DNA from: an uncultured Verrucomicrobiae bacterium
GTDB lineage: Bacteria > Verrucomicrobiota > Verrucomicrobiia > Chthoniobacterales > UBA10450
DNA: 64,000 bases
Direction of reading: 5' to 3'
Assembly: GCA_963834385.1 (NCBI GenBank)
Contig: CAWIBO010000005.1
Coordinates: 224,001 to 288,000, forward strand
Shown here: piece after piece, positions 50,253-59,450 of the stretch
Position numbering within the stretch: the stretch's first letter is position 1
How the letters are laid out: the number at the start of each line of letters is the position of its first letter
The notes under the pieces: model-generated
The model's input: only the letters and a program-made list of their open reading frames with translations
Database searches by the model: none
What the model was told of the DNA's origin: nothing
Program-made: the position numbers and the translations under genes

Positions 50253-51192
50253 ATGCTTATTCATCGCTGCCTCCTTTTTCTCCTCCTTTGCGGCCTCGGC
50301 CTGCCCGGCGCGCTGGCGCAGACCGCCCAATCCTATGCGGTGGTTGACGCCACCACCGGCTACATTCTGGCCTCGCGGGAGGCGCAGCAGAAACGGCAGG
50401 TGGGCAGCCTGACCAAGGTCGCCACCGGCATGGTGGTGCTCGACTGGGCGGAAAAGGGCGGGGGCAACCTGGGCGAGCTGGCCGTCATCCCGCCCGAGGC
50501 GTTTGCCGGCATCTCCGAGAACCGGATCGGGTTTCAACCGGGCGACCGGGTGCAACTGCGCGAGCTTCTTTACGCGGCCCTGGTGCAGTCGGACAATATT
50601 GCCGCCTACGCCCTGGCTCACCACGTGGGGGCGTCGCTCAGCCGCATGATGCCGGCCGAAGGCGGCCAGGCGGCGCCGGTGATGGCCTTTGTCCGCCAGA
50701 TGAACGCGCTGGCCCGCCAACTCGGGATGGAGCGCACACGTTTCCTGAACCCGACGGGTTTCGACGCCAAGGAAAAGCCGTTCTCGACCGCGCTGGATAT
50801 GGCCCGCCTCACGCGCTATGCCATGAAGAAGGCCAGCTTCCGTTTCTACGTCTCGCAGAAAACGCGCGAGATTTCCTGGGAACGCGGGGGAGCGCAAGAT
50901 CACCGCGACCCTGCGCAACACGAACGAACTTCTCGGGCAAGACGGAATCGACGGGGTCAAGACCGGCCGGACCGCGCGCGCGGGCGACTGCCTGATCCTC
51001 TCGTCGCATCGCGAATCCGAGATTCAGAAGCAGGGTCCCCGAACCATCGTCACGCCGCGTCATCTGATCGTGGTCCTGCTGGGCAGCACCAACCGCTTCG
51101 TTGATGGTCGCCAGCTCCTTGGTGGCGGCTGGAACGCATATGAGCAATGGGCCGCCGGCGGCCGCGTTTCCACGCCTGAGCAGGTTCTTTAA
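50253..51192 (+). CDS. dacA: D-alanyl-D-alanine carboxypeptidase, S11 family (apparent frameshift at G-run ~50890)
   Basis: SxxK (SLTK), SxN (SDN), F.NPTG, STALD; KTG in the shifted frame, which ends at TAA 51192. Confidence 0.85.
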
Positions 51193-51198
51193 GGCCCG

Positions 51199-52276
51199 AT
51201 GAAGCCACGAATCGGTGTTCTCACCAGCGGCGGCGATTGTCCTGGTCTCAATGCGGTCCTGCGCGGCGTCGTCCTCGCGGCGGACAAGCTCGGCTGGGAA
51301 GTGGTCGGCTTTATCGACGGCTTCGAGGGACTTCTGCCCCCGGGTGATTTCGTCATGCTCGACCGGGCCCGCATCGCCGGGATCGCGCCGCGGGGCGGCA
51401 CCATCATCGGCACGACCAACCGCGGGCCATTTCGTGGCCAAGGTGGGCGCGGGTGACAAGACCGTGGTGGCGGCCGAGGTGATCGAGAAGGCGCGCCAGG
51501 TCCTGGCCGGGTTGAATGTGCAGGCGTTGATCGTGGTGGGCGGCGACGGCTCCATGACCACGGCCCTGCAGCTCCAGGAAGGCGGGATCAACTGCATCGG
51601 CGTGCCCAAGACGATCGACAACGATCTCGAGGCGACGGCCATGACCTTCGGCTTCGACTCCGCGGTGGCCATGGTCATGGACGCGCTTGATCGGCTTCAT
51701 ACCACGGCCACGAGCCACAAGCGGGTCATGGTGCTCGAAGTCATGGGCCGGCACGCCGGCTGGATCGCGTTGCACGGCGGCCTCGCCGGCGGCGCCCATG
51801 TCATTCTCATCCCCGAGATCCCGTTCGATTACGACCGGATTGCCGAGGCCATCCGGGCGCGTGATGCGCGGGGCAGCCGCAATGCCATTGTGGTGGTGGC
51901 GGAGGGGGCCAAGCCGAAGGACGGCCAGCAGGTGATGCGGCCGGTGGACAGTGGCGAATTTCGCCTCGGAGGAATTGGCGACATGGTCGCGAGCGAAATC
52001 GCGATCCGGACCGACAAGGAGACGCGCTGCACGGTGCTGGGACATCTGCAACGAGGCGGCGCCCCCACTCCGCTTGATCGGATCCTCGGGACCCGGTTCG
52101 GGGTCCGGGCCGTCCAGTTGATCAAGGAAGAACGCTTTGGCTCCATGGTCAGTTACCAAAACTACCAGGTCCGCCATGTCCCCATCGCAGAGGCAGTGAA
52201 TCGCCTGCGTCTCGTCCCGCCGGACGGAGAACTGGTGGAAACGGCGCGAGCCGTCGAAATTTCCTTCGGCGACTAG
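51199..52276 (+). CDS. pfkA: 6-phosphofructokinase (apparent frameshift ~51425)
   Basis: [51 protein letters not shown]. Confidence 0.95.
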
Positions 52277-52366
52277 CGGTCCGCCCGCCGGACGCCCGGT
52301 GAAAAAGGAGTTGGCGCGGGCGCGCCTGACCGTAGATTCAGGACCCTTTCGAAGCCCCTTTCTAAC

Positions 52367-53905
52367 ATGATCAATATCCTGCGCAAAAACCAGCGAGCCC
52401 TCTGGATTGTCATCGCCTTCCTGGCCATCCCTTTCATTTTTTACTTTAGTAATTCCGACATCGGGGCGATCGGCTCGGACAATTTCGGTTCGGTCTACGA
52501 TCACCGCATCACCCAGGTGGAAATGCAGCGCGGCGTGCGCCTGCTCCAGCTCGCGCAGCAACTGGGGATGTTCGAGTATCTGCAGGATATGACCGCCGGG
52601 GCGCAGAGCGAGAGCGAGGCCTACCAGCGTTTCGTCATTACCCGCCTGATCCTGGAAAGAAATTTTGAGGAGCTGGGAATTGAGCCGACGGAGGCGCAGG
52701 TCGCGCAGGTGGTTAAAACGATGCCGGCGTTCCAGACCAACGGCAGCTTCGACCTTTCCAAATATAATGCCTTTACCCAGAACTCGCTGGGCTCACTCGG
52801 ATTTGCCGAAGCCCAGATCGAGCAGCTGGCCCGCGATGAATGGTCGCTCGACCGTCTCAAGCAGTTGCTGGGCGTGGGCGTGGAGGTGCCGGCGGCCGAG
52901 AGCAAACGCAACTTCGAGCAGGCCTATGGAAAGCTCGATGTGGTGGTCGCGCGCCTGGCCAACCAGGACGTCGACAAGGAAATCACGGTGAGTGACGAGG
53001 ACGTCGTCAAATATTACGAGTCGCAGAAGTCCGCGCTCAAGACCGAGGAGAAACGCCGGGTCCAGTTTGTCACTTTTGCCCTGACCGAGGAGCAGAAGAA
53101 ACTGACGGGCAAGGAGCGGCTCGACCAGCTCCAGAAGCTGGCCGACACCGCCTCGAGCTTTGCCGAGGAGATCGCTTCGCCCCAGAGCGATTTCGCGCAG
53201 CTGGCCGCTCGCTATCAGTTGCCGGTGGAGAGCACCGGGGAATTCACCCCGGCCGCGCCCGATCCGCTTTTGAAGGAAAAGCCGGAGCTGACCCAGGCCG
53301 CCAACCAGCTCACCCCGCAGGATCCCGTGAGCGATATCGTCCAGACCAATGAAGGGTTTCATCTCGTCCGCCTGACCGACCATGCGCCCGCCCGGCTCCT
53401 GACCATGGAGGAAGCGCGACCGCAGGTCGTGGAAGCGATGAGGAAGAACAAGCTTCGCGCGCAACTGGCGCTCAAGGCGGCCATGGGCACGCAGGAGGTG
53501 CGCGAGAAGATCAAGGCCGGCACGCCGGCCGAGGAAGCGCTGCGGCAGGCGGGTTTCAAGCCCGAACGCGTCCCGCAGTTTGCCCTGCTCGACCCGGCCC
53601 CGACGCCGGCACCAGCCGCGGAAGGTTCACCCACGCCGGCTCCGAAACCTGAGACGCCGGACCTCGACCGGATCAAACAAGCAGTCATGGAATTGAATCC
53701 CGGCGAAGTTTCACAATTTGTCCCGACCGAGAACGGTGGGCTTGTGGCCGTGCTGGAAAAACGGGAAGCGGTTTCTGGTGCCGAATCGGAGGAACAACGG
53801 GCCGCGCTGGACGCCCGGATCCGGCAGGGCCGCCTCTCGATTGTCTTTCAGGAGTGGCTCAAGGAGCGCCGGGAACAGGCGAACGTCCAGCTCGCGGGAG
53901 CCTGA
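52367..53905 (+). CDS. PpiD/SurA-like membrane-anchored periplasmic chaperone
   Basis: N-terminal MINILRK plus TM, PAFQTNGSFD..KY, YYE......EE.RRV.FV, degenerate parvulin-like segments. Confidence 0.8.
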   Translation: MINILRKNQRALWIVIAFLAIPFIFYFSNSDIGAIGSDNFGSVYDHRITQVEMQRGVRLLQLAQQLGMFEYLQDMTAGAQSESEAYQRFVITRLILERNFEELGIEPTEAQVAQVVKTMPAFQTNGSFDLSKYNAFTQNSLGSLGFAEAQIEQLARDEWSLDRLKQLLGVGVEVPAAESKRNFEQAYGKLDVVVARLANQDVDKEITVSDEDVVKYYESQKSALKTEEKRRVQFVTFALTEEQKKLTGKERLDQLQKLADTASSFAEEIASPQSDFAQLAARYQLPVESTGEFTPAAPDPLLKEKPELTQAANQLTPQDPVSDIVQTNEGFHLVRLTDHAPARLLTMEEARPQVVEAMRKNKLRAQLALKAAMGTQEVREKIKAGTPAEEALRQAGFKPERVPQFALLDPAPTPAPAAEGSPTPAPKPETPDLDRIKQAVMELNPGEVSQFVPTENGGLVAVLEKREAVSGAESEEQRAALDARIRQGRLSIVFQEWLKERREQANVQLAGA

Positions 53906-53918
53906 GCCCGCGCTGCGC

Positions 53919-54251
53919 ATGCCGACGCGCGACGATCTCTTCGATGATGCCAACGGCGATCTCGCTGTGGGCGACCTCGAGAGTGCGGTCGAAAAGTATC
54001 GGCAATGCGTTCAGCTCGATCCGCAGTTTTTTGACGGCTGGCACGCCTTGGGGATGGCCTTGATGAAGGTGGGCCGGTTCCCGGAGGCGATCGAAGCGGG
54101 GAAACGGGCCACGGAGCTGCGCCCCAATGACCAGATTGGCTGGACCAGCCTTTCCCTTTTTTACAACCGCAACGGCGACATCAAGGAAGCGGAAGCGGCC
54201 GGGACCAAGGCGAAGATCCTGGGTTGGGGCGGCAAGATTGCGAAGGAATAG
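53919..54251 (+). CDS. Small TPR protein
   Basis: TPR pattern AVEKY..CV.LDP.F..GWHALG.A. Confidence 0.8.
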   Translation: MPTRDDLFDDANGDLAVGDLESAVEKYRQCVQLDPQFFDGWHALGMALMKVGRFPEAIEAGKRATELRPNDQIGWTSLSLFYNRNGDIKEAEAAGTKAKILGWGGKIAKE

Positions 54252-54620
54252 ATGAAGATCACGGGCGGTTGCTGCTGCGAGAAGATCCGTTACGAGGCGG
54301 AGGGCGAGATTTTGCACCGGGCCAATTGTCATTGTGCGAATTGCCGGCACGCCATCGGCGCGCAGGCCGTGGCCTGGATCACTGTGCGGCGGGATTGCTT
54401 TTCCTGGCAGCAGGGGACGCCCCGGCATTATCTGACCGGCAGCGGCGCCACGCGCGCATTCTGCGGACAATGCGGCACTTCGCTCACCTACGAGAACCCG
54501 GCGCGCCCCGGCGAGATCGACCTGACCACGGGGAGTCTCGACGACCCGGAGCAGTTCGCGCCGCGCAAGGATGTTTTCCCCGAGGAAAAACTTTCCTGGG
54601 TGCCGTTGGTAAAGGACTGA
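54252..54620 (+). CDS. GFA/CENP-V family zinc protein
   Basis: GGCCC..IRY, CHCANCR, R.FC..CGTSL. Confidence 0.9.
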   Translation: MKITGGCCCEKIRYEAEGEILHRANCHCANCRHAIGAQAVAWITVRRDCFSWQQGTPRHYLTGSGATRAFCGQCGTSLTYENPARPGEIDLTTGSLDDPEQFAPRKDVFPEEKLSWVPLVKD

Positions 54621-54677
54621 GGGAACTTTCTTTACCCCTTTCGCATCCGGGCCTGTGGGGATGCCGTAAGACCTTGA

Positions 54678-56087
54678 GTGACGACCAGGGATCCGGGAGA
54701 AGAAAGAAAACGCGATAACAGCCGGGGATGGCCTGTCATTCTTCTCCTGGCCGCTCTTGCTCTCACGGCCTGCGACCGCGGCGGGACAACGTCCATCCCG
54801 GAGAAGAAAGCGGAGCAGCCCGCGGCTCCGGCTTCCGCCGCCAATGATTCCCTTGCGGTTGTCCTGACCCCGCACCGGGGGGAGTCGGAGACGGACAAAC
54901 GCATCGTCGAGCTGCAGGAACGGGTGCGTCTTTCCCCCGCGCAGGGCCCTTACCTTGAACGCCTCGGCTGGGCTTTCGTGGAGAAGGCTCGCATCAGCGG
55001 CGATGCCGGATTTTACACGCTGGCCGAGCAGGCCGCGCGCGCCCTCGACCAGGCCGCGCCGGGTGACCCGGCGGGGCTGCTTCTGCTCGGTCATGTTCGC
55101 CACACGCAGCATCGTTTTGCCGAGGCGGAGGAGATTGGGCGGCGGCTGACCGGACTGCGCGAGGCCCCATTTGATCACGCCTTGCTGGGGGACGCCTTGA
55201 TGGAGCAGGGGAAACTGGAGGAGGCGGTGGCGGTTTACCAGAAGATGGTGGACCTGCGGCCGGGGCTGCAAACCTACAGCCGGGTGGCTCATTTGCGCTG
55301 GTTGAAAGGCGACCTCGAAGGAGCGCTCGCCCTGATGCGCGAGGCGGTGAACGCGGGCGGCGCCGGCGCGAAGGAAGCCACGGCCTGGGCCCTGACGCGA
55401 CGCGCCGGCTATGAATGGCAGTCGGGGATGTTGCCGGAGGCGCGCGCCAGTGTTCAGGCGGCGCTCGAGTTTGTGCCCGGCTACGCTCCGGCCCTGCTCA
55501 TGGAAGGGCGGATTCTGCTGGGCGCAGGACGCGCCGGCGAAGCTGTGCGCCCGTTGCAGGAGGCGGCGAAACTCAGCCCGCTGCCGGAATATCTCTGGAC
55601 GCTTTCCGAGGCCCTGCGCGCTTCCGATCGCGCAACGGAGGCCCAATCCGTGGAGGACGAACTTCAAAAGCGCGGCGGGGATGACGCCCGCACTTATTCC
55701 CTTTTCCTCGCCACCCGGGGAAGCAACCCGGCCCGTGCGCTCGCCCTGGCCGAGGCGGAGCTGCGGGAGCGCCAGGACGTGTTCACCCGCGATGCCCTGG
55801 CCTGGTCGCTTTATTCCAATGGGCGCCCGCAGGAAGCGCGCGCGGAGATGGAGAAGGCCCTGCGGGAAGGGACAAGGGATGGTCGCCTTTTCCTACACGC
55901 CGCCGTCATTGCCGCGTCCATGCAGGAAACAGCTGTCGCCGAGCGCCACCTCGCCGAGGCGCGTCTCTTCGCGCCGATGCTGTTGCCTTCCGAGCAAAAA
56001 GCGCTCGAGGACCTGGCCGCATCGCTCTCCTCCGGGTATTCGCAAATTTCCAACCAACCAACCAACGAAAGAAAAGACAACAGATGA
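54678..56087 (+). CDS. TPR-repeat lipoprotein
   Basis: Lipobox LTAC, multiple TPRs, QHRF.EA, DALAWSLY; overlaps the DUF4331 start by 4 nt. Confidence 0.85.
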   Translation: MTTRDPGEERKRDNSRGWPVILLLAALALTACDRGGTTSIPEKKAEQPAAPASAANDSLAVVLTPHRGESETDKRIVELQERVRLSPAQGPYLERLGWAFVEKARISGDAGFYTLAEQAARALDQAAPGDPAGLLLLGHVRHTQHRFAEAEEIGRRLTGLREAPFDHALLGDALMEQGKLEEAVAVYQKMVDLRPGLQTYSRVAHLRWLKGDLEGALALMREAVNAGGAGAKEATAWALTRRAGYEWQSGMLPEARASVQAALEFVPGYAPALLMEGRILLGAGRAGEAVRPLQEAAKLSPLPEYLWTLSEALRASDRATEAQSVEDELQKRGGDDARTYSLFLATRGSNPARALALAEAELRERQDVFTRDALAWSLYSNGRPQEARAEMEKALREGTRDGRLFLHAAVIAASMQETAVAERHLAEARLFAPMLLPSEQKALEDLAASLSSGYSQISNQPTNERKDNR

Positions 56088-57997
56088 TAACAAGACTCCG
56101 AACGAAGATCCTCGCCTGCGTGGGCATGGCGCTTCTTGCCTGCCCCGCCTTCGTGCCGGGGCCCGTGGAGGCTTCCAGTCACATGGACGCCCCCCTGATC
56201 ACCCTCGATCCCGCAGCCAACACGACCGACGTCTACGCCTTCCTGCGGACGCGTCCGTCCGACAACGCCAAGGTGCTGGTGGTGGCCCTGGCGGTCTATC
56301 CGTTCGAGGAACCGGGGATCGGTCCGAACAAGTACAACTTCGACGACAACGTGCTCTACGAGATCCACGTGGCCACGGGAAGCGATGTCGCCGCGGGGAA
56401 CGCGACCATCTCGTATCAATTCCGTTTCGAGACGATGTTTAAGAATTCGAACACCATCCTGCAGTCCTACACCGGCGTGGTGGAGAACGTGGACGATCCC
56501 GACCAGAACCTCGTGCAGCGTTACACCGTCTCGAAGGTGGTGCGCCAGGGCGGAGGCGTCACCGGCAACATGCTGGGCGGCGGCATTGTCCCGCCCAATA
56601 ACCAGGGCATCGCCACTCCGTTCTATAACCTCGACGACAACGGCGAAAACCCGGCCCGCCCGGGCGTGGCGTCGCTCGCCGAGCTCGACCGCTACACCAT
56701 GCAGTCCATCGTCAGCCTCGCGCCTTCCACCGCCACCTACCGCGTTTTCGCGGGTCAGCGTGAAGACGGATTCTATGGTGACATCCAGGCGATCTTCGAT
56801 CTGCTGCAGTTGCGCTCGGGCAAAACCAGCTTCGACAGCCAGGCCGGCTTCAACGTCCACGAGATTGTGCTGGAAATTCCGATTTCCGAGTTCGGTGGGG
56901 ACGACCAGCAGCAGGTTGGCGTTTATGCCACGACCAGCCGCCAGTCCACCCGCGTCCTGAGCGAGAACCCCGGGTCGCCGGCCCAGACACTCACGGGTGA
57001 GTTCGTCCAGGTCGGTCGCCAGGGGAATCCGCTCTTCAACGAAGGGCTCGTGGCCATCGCCGACAAGGATCTCTACAGCCGCACCAAGCCGAGTTCTGAC
57101 GCGGCCCTCTTCGACAAGTATGCCCGCTCGCCCGAACTGGCGAAGCTGATCAATGCGATCGTCTTTGGGCAGACAGTTGCCCCCGAGGAGAACCGCACCG
57201 ATCTGGTCGGCATCTTCATCCCCGACCTGATCAGGGTCGATCTTTCCACCGGGCCGGCGCGCCTGGCCGGTGGCGGCCCCAACTTCGCCGCCAATCCTGA
57301 CGAACAGGGTTTCAGCCGCATGAGCATTTTCGGCGGGGACACGCTCACCAGCACGATCACCGAGGGTTTTGGCGACGGCGCCGTTCCCGGCGGCTGGCCC
57401 AACGGCCGCCGTTACGGTGACGACGTGGTGGACATTGCCGTGACCGCGATCATCAGCGATCTGCGCACCAGCCCGCCCACGATTCGCTCGGCCGATGGCA
57501 TTGATAACGTGAGCAGGAACGACCGCGCTTACAGCAAGGTTTTCCCCTATGCCTCGACCCCGCTCAACGGTCGTAACCACGAGCATCACAACATCACCGC
57601 GACGGGTGGGGGACCGGCCCGGTTCCAGAACATCTCGACCCGTGGCGTGGTCCAGACCGACGACGGCGTCCTCATCGGCGGCGTGATCATCGGCGGCTCC
57701 AGCAACCAGACGGTCGTCATCCGGGCCATCGGACCGTCCCTCTCGGGCAGCAATGTGCCTGATCCGCTGGCCGATCCCGTCCTTGAGGTCTACAGCGGCT
57801 CGACGCTGATCGCGATGAACGACAACTGGATGCAGTCGAACGACAGCATGCGCATCCAGGATGCGGGCCTCGCGCCGACGGATGGCGCCGAAGCCGCCGT
57901 CTTCCTCGAGCTCGCTCCGGGAGCCTACACCTTCATCGTCCGCGGGAAGGACATGACGACCGGGATTGGACTGGTCGAAGCCTACGCGGTGGAATAA
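56084..57997 (+). CDS. Secreted DUF4331-family protein with C-terminal NISTR-type domain
   Basis: Signal peptide then SSHMDAP..., TDVYAF, FAGQREDGF, RQGNPLFNE, GWPNGRR..DDVVD, FPY. Confidence 0.85.
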   Translation: MITRLRTKILACVGMALLACPAFVPGPVEASSHMDAPLITLDPAANTTDVYAFLRTRPSDNAKVLVVALAVYPFEEPGIGPNKYNFDDNVLYEIHVATGSDVAAGNATISYQFRFETMFKNSNTILQSYTGVVENVDDPDQNLVQRYTVSKVVRQGGGVTGNMLGGGIVPPNNQGIATPFYNLDDNGENPARPGVASLAELDRYTMQSIVSLAPSTATYRVFAGQREDGFYGDIQAIFDLLQLRSGKTSFDSQAGFNVHEIVLEIPISEFGGDDQQQVGVYATTSRQSTRVLSENPGSPAQTLTGEFVQVGRQGNPLFNEGLVAIADKDLYSRTKPSSDAALFDKYARSPELAKLINAIVFGQTVAPEENRTDLVGIFIPDLIRVDLSTGPARLAGGGPNFAANPDEQGFSRMSIFGGDTLTSTITEGFGDGAVPGGWPNGRRYGDDVVDIAVTAIISDLRTSPPTIRSADGIDNVSRNDRAYSKVFPYASTPLNGRNHEHHNITATGGGPARFQNISTRGVVQTDDGVLIGGVIIGGSSNQTVVIRAIGPSLSGSNVPDPLADPVLEVYSGSTLIAMNDNWMQSNDSMRIQDAGLAPTDGAEAAVFLELAPGAYTFIVRGKDMTTGIGLVEAYAVE

Positions 57998-58008
57998 CCA
58001 CGCCACTC

Positions 58009-58043
58009 TTTCGCGTCCGGGCGCCTGGCGTCCGGACGCGAAA
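58009..58043 (+). other. Intergenic stem-loop without U-tract
   Basis: TTTCGCGTCCGG...CCGGACGCGAAA, perfect 12-bp stem. Confidence 0.65.
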
Positions 58044-58061
58044 CACGGTGGCAGGAGCCAG

Positions 58062-59129
58062 ATGCAACTGTTCTGTTTCAGGAAGACGATCCTTGCCGGG
58101 ATCGTTTTTCTCTTTTCGGTGGGGGCGAGCCACGGGCATGATCCCGGGCTCAGCTCACTCCGGGTGGAACTGAAAGATCGGGAGGTCGAGATCGTCCTCA
58201 CCTTCAACGAGAGCGACGTGGCCGGGATTGCCGGCGAGGAGGCCGGGCGTCCGACCGACGAAGCTCTCAGGACCCTGGCGGGGCGTGCCCTGACATTCCA
58301 TGCCGGCGAACCCGCGCTGCAACCGTTCTCGGTCGATGCGAGGCGTGAAGGCGAAAACAACGTTGAGTTTCGCTATCAATTCCGCCGACCGGACGGAGTG
58401 GTGTCCTACTCCCTGGAGTCGCGTCTCCTCCCGGAACTTTCTTTCGGACATCGTCAGGCGCTCGTGGTCGTGGAGGGGGACGGCCGGGAAACTTTTCGAA
58501 GCCTCCTCAGCGGGCGGGATGCGCGGTTCGCGTTTGTCCCCGCGGCGGGATCCTCCGCCACGACGGAAGGGTTCTGGGGCTTCTTTCGGCTGGGGTTGCA
58601 TCACATCATCACCGGTTACGACCATCTGTTGTTCCTTTTTGGGCTTCTCCTGGTCTGTCACCGGATGCGGTCGGCCCTTCTTCTCATCACCGCCTTCACC
58701 GTGGCCCACTCCCTCACTCTTGCTCTTTCGGTTTTCGGGCTGGTCGATCTTCCGGGACGCCTGGTGGAGGCTGTTATTGCCGCCTCCATCCTTTACGTCG
58801 GACTGGAGAATCTTATTCGGCGCGGGGCCGAGTCGCGCTGGCGTGTTCTTCTCTGCTTCTCGTTTGGCCTTGTCCATGGCCTCGGGTTTGCCGGAGTTCT
58901 TCACGAAATGGGGATCGCGCAAACCGGGGCGGCTGCCGCGGTCCCGCTTCTCGCCTTCAACGCGGGAGTCGAAGCCGGTCAGCTCGGGATTGCCGCCCTC
59001 CTTTTGCCGCTGCTCTGGGCGCTCCGGCGCCGGCCGGCATTCCTCCGGATGGGAGTTCCCGTTCTTTCTCTTCTCGTGGCCGGGGCGGGTGCCTGGTGGC
59101 TGCTCGAGCGCGTGTTCTCCCAAGGGTAA
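58062..59129 (+). CDS. HupE/UreJ-family membrane protein with N-terminal periplasmic domain
   Basis: GLHHIITGYDHLLFL, ITAFTVAHSLTL, VEAVIAASI, FGLVHGLGFA, FNAGVEAGQL. Confidence 0.9.
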   Translation: MQLFCFRKTILAGIVFLFSVGASHGHDPGLSSLRVELKDREVEIVLTFNESDVAGIAGEEAGRPTDEALRTLAGRALTFHAGEPALQPFSVDARREGENNVEFRYQFRRPDGVVSYSLESRLLPELSFGHRQALVVVEGDGRETFRSLLSGRDARFAFVPAAGSSATTEGFWGFFRLGLHHIITGYDHLLFLFGLLLVCHRMRSALLLITAFTVAHSLTLALSVFGLVDLPGRLVEAVIAASILYVGLENLIRRGAESRWRVLLCFSFGLVHGLGFAGVLHEMGIAQTGAAAAVPLLAFNAGVEAGQLGIAALLLPLLWALRRRPAFLRMGVPVLSLLVAGAGAWWLLERVFSQG

Positions 59130-59187
59130 CTCCAGGGGAGCAGGCGACCCCGGTTGCGGTCACGCGCCGATGCTGGCATGCTCGTGC

Positions 59188-59442
59188 ATGGCCAAGAAAA
59201 TGTCCGCAAACACGACAATGGGGATCACCGCCGCGGTGGTGGCGGCCGCGGTGCCGATCGTGATCAAAACCGTGACGACCATTTTGAACAGGAGATCGGC
59301 CAAGGCGAAAAAGAAGTTGGCAGCCAAAACGGCGACAAAAGTGCCCAGCCGCCGGAAGAAAGTTTCCGGGACGCGGAAGCGGACCTCGCGGAAGGCATCG
59401 CCGAAGGCGGTCAAGCCCGCGATCGATTCGCTCCCGGGCTAG
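59188..59442 (+). CDS. Small basic protein with N-terminal hydrophobic segment
   Basis: MAKKMSA...ITAAVVAAAVPIVI, then a Lys/Arg-rich tail; fills the gap. Confidence 0.5.
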   Translation: MAKKMSANTTMGITAAVVAAAVPIVIKTVTTILNRRSAKAKKKLAAKTATKVPSRRKKVSGTRKRTSRKASPKAVKPAIDSLPG

Positions 59443-59450
59443 GAGCGACC

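Noticed and set aside
8890..51430. Single frameshifts in rpsD, asd, clpX, nagZ, dacA and pfkA as recoding or phase variation
   Set aside because: There is no shared slippery motif or long repeat tract, both halves of each gene are conserved, and the assembly is demonstrably indel-prone. Read-level checking is needed, but error is the simplest explanation.
55811..58360. Long antisense ORFs (849 aa here; also 17677-19725, 53859-55667, 61128-62810 and others)
   Set aside because: They are shadow frames of well-supported genes in high-GC DNA, with no recognisable motifs.
59173..59188. CTGGCATGCTCGTGCA as a sigma54 promoter
   Set aside because: GG to GC spacing is 9 rather than the required 10, and it abuts the ATG.
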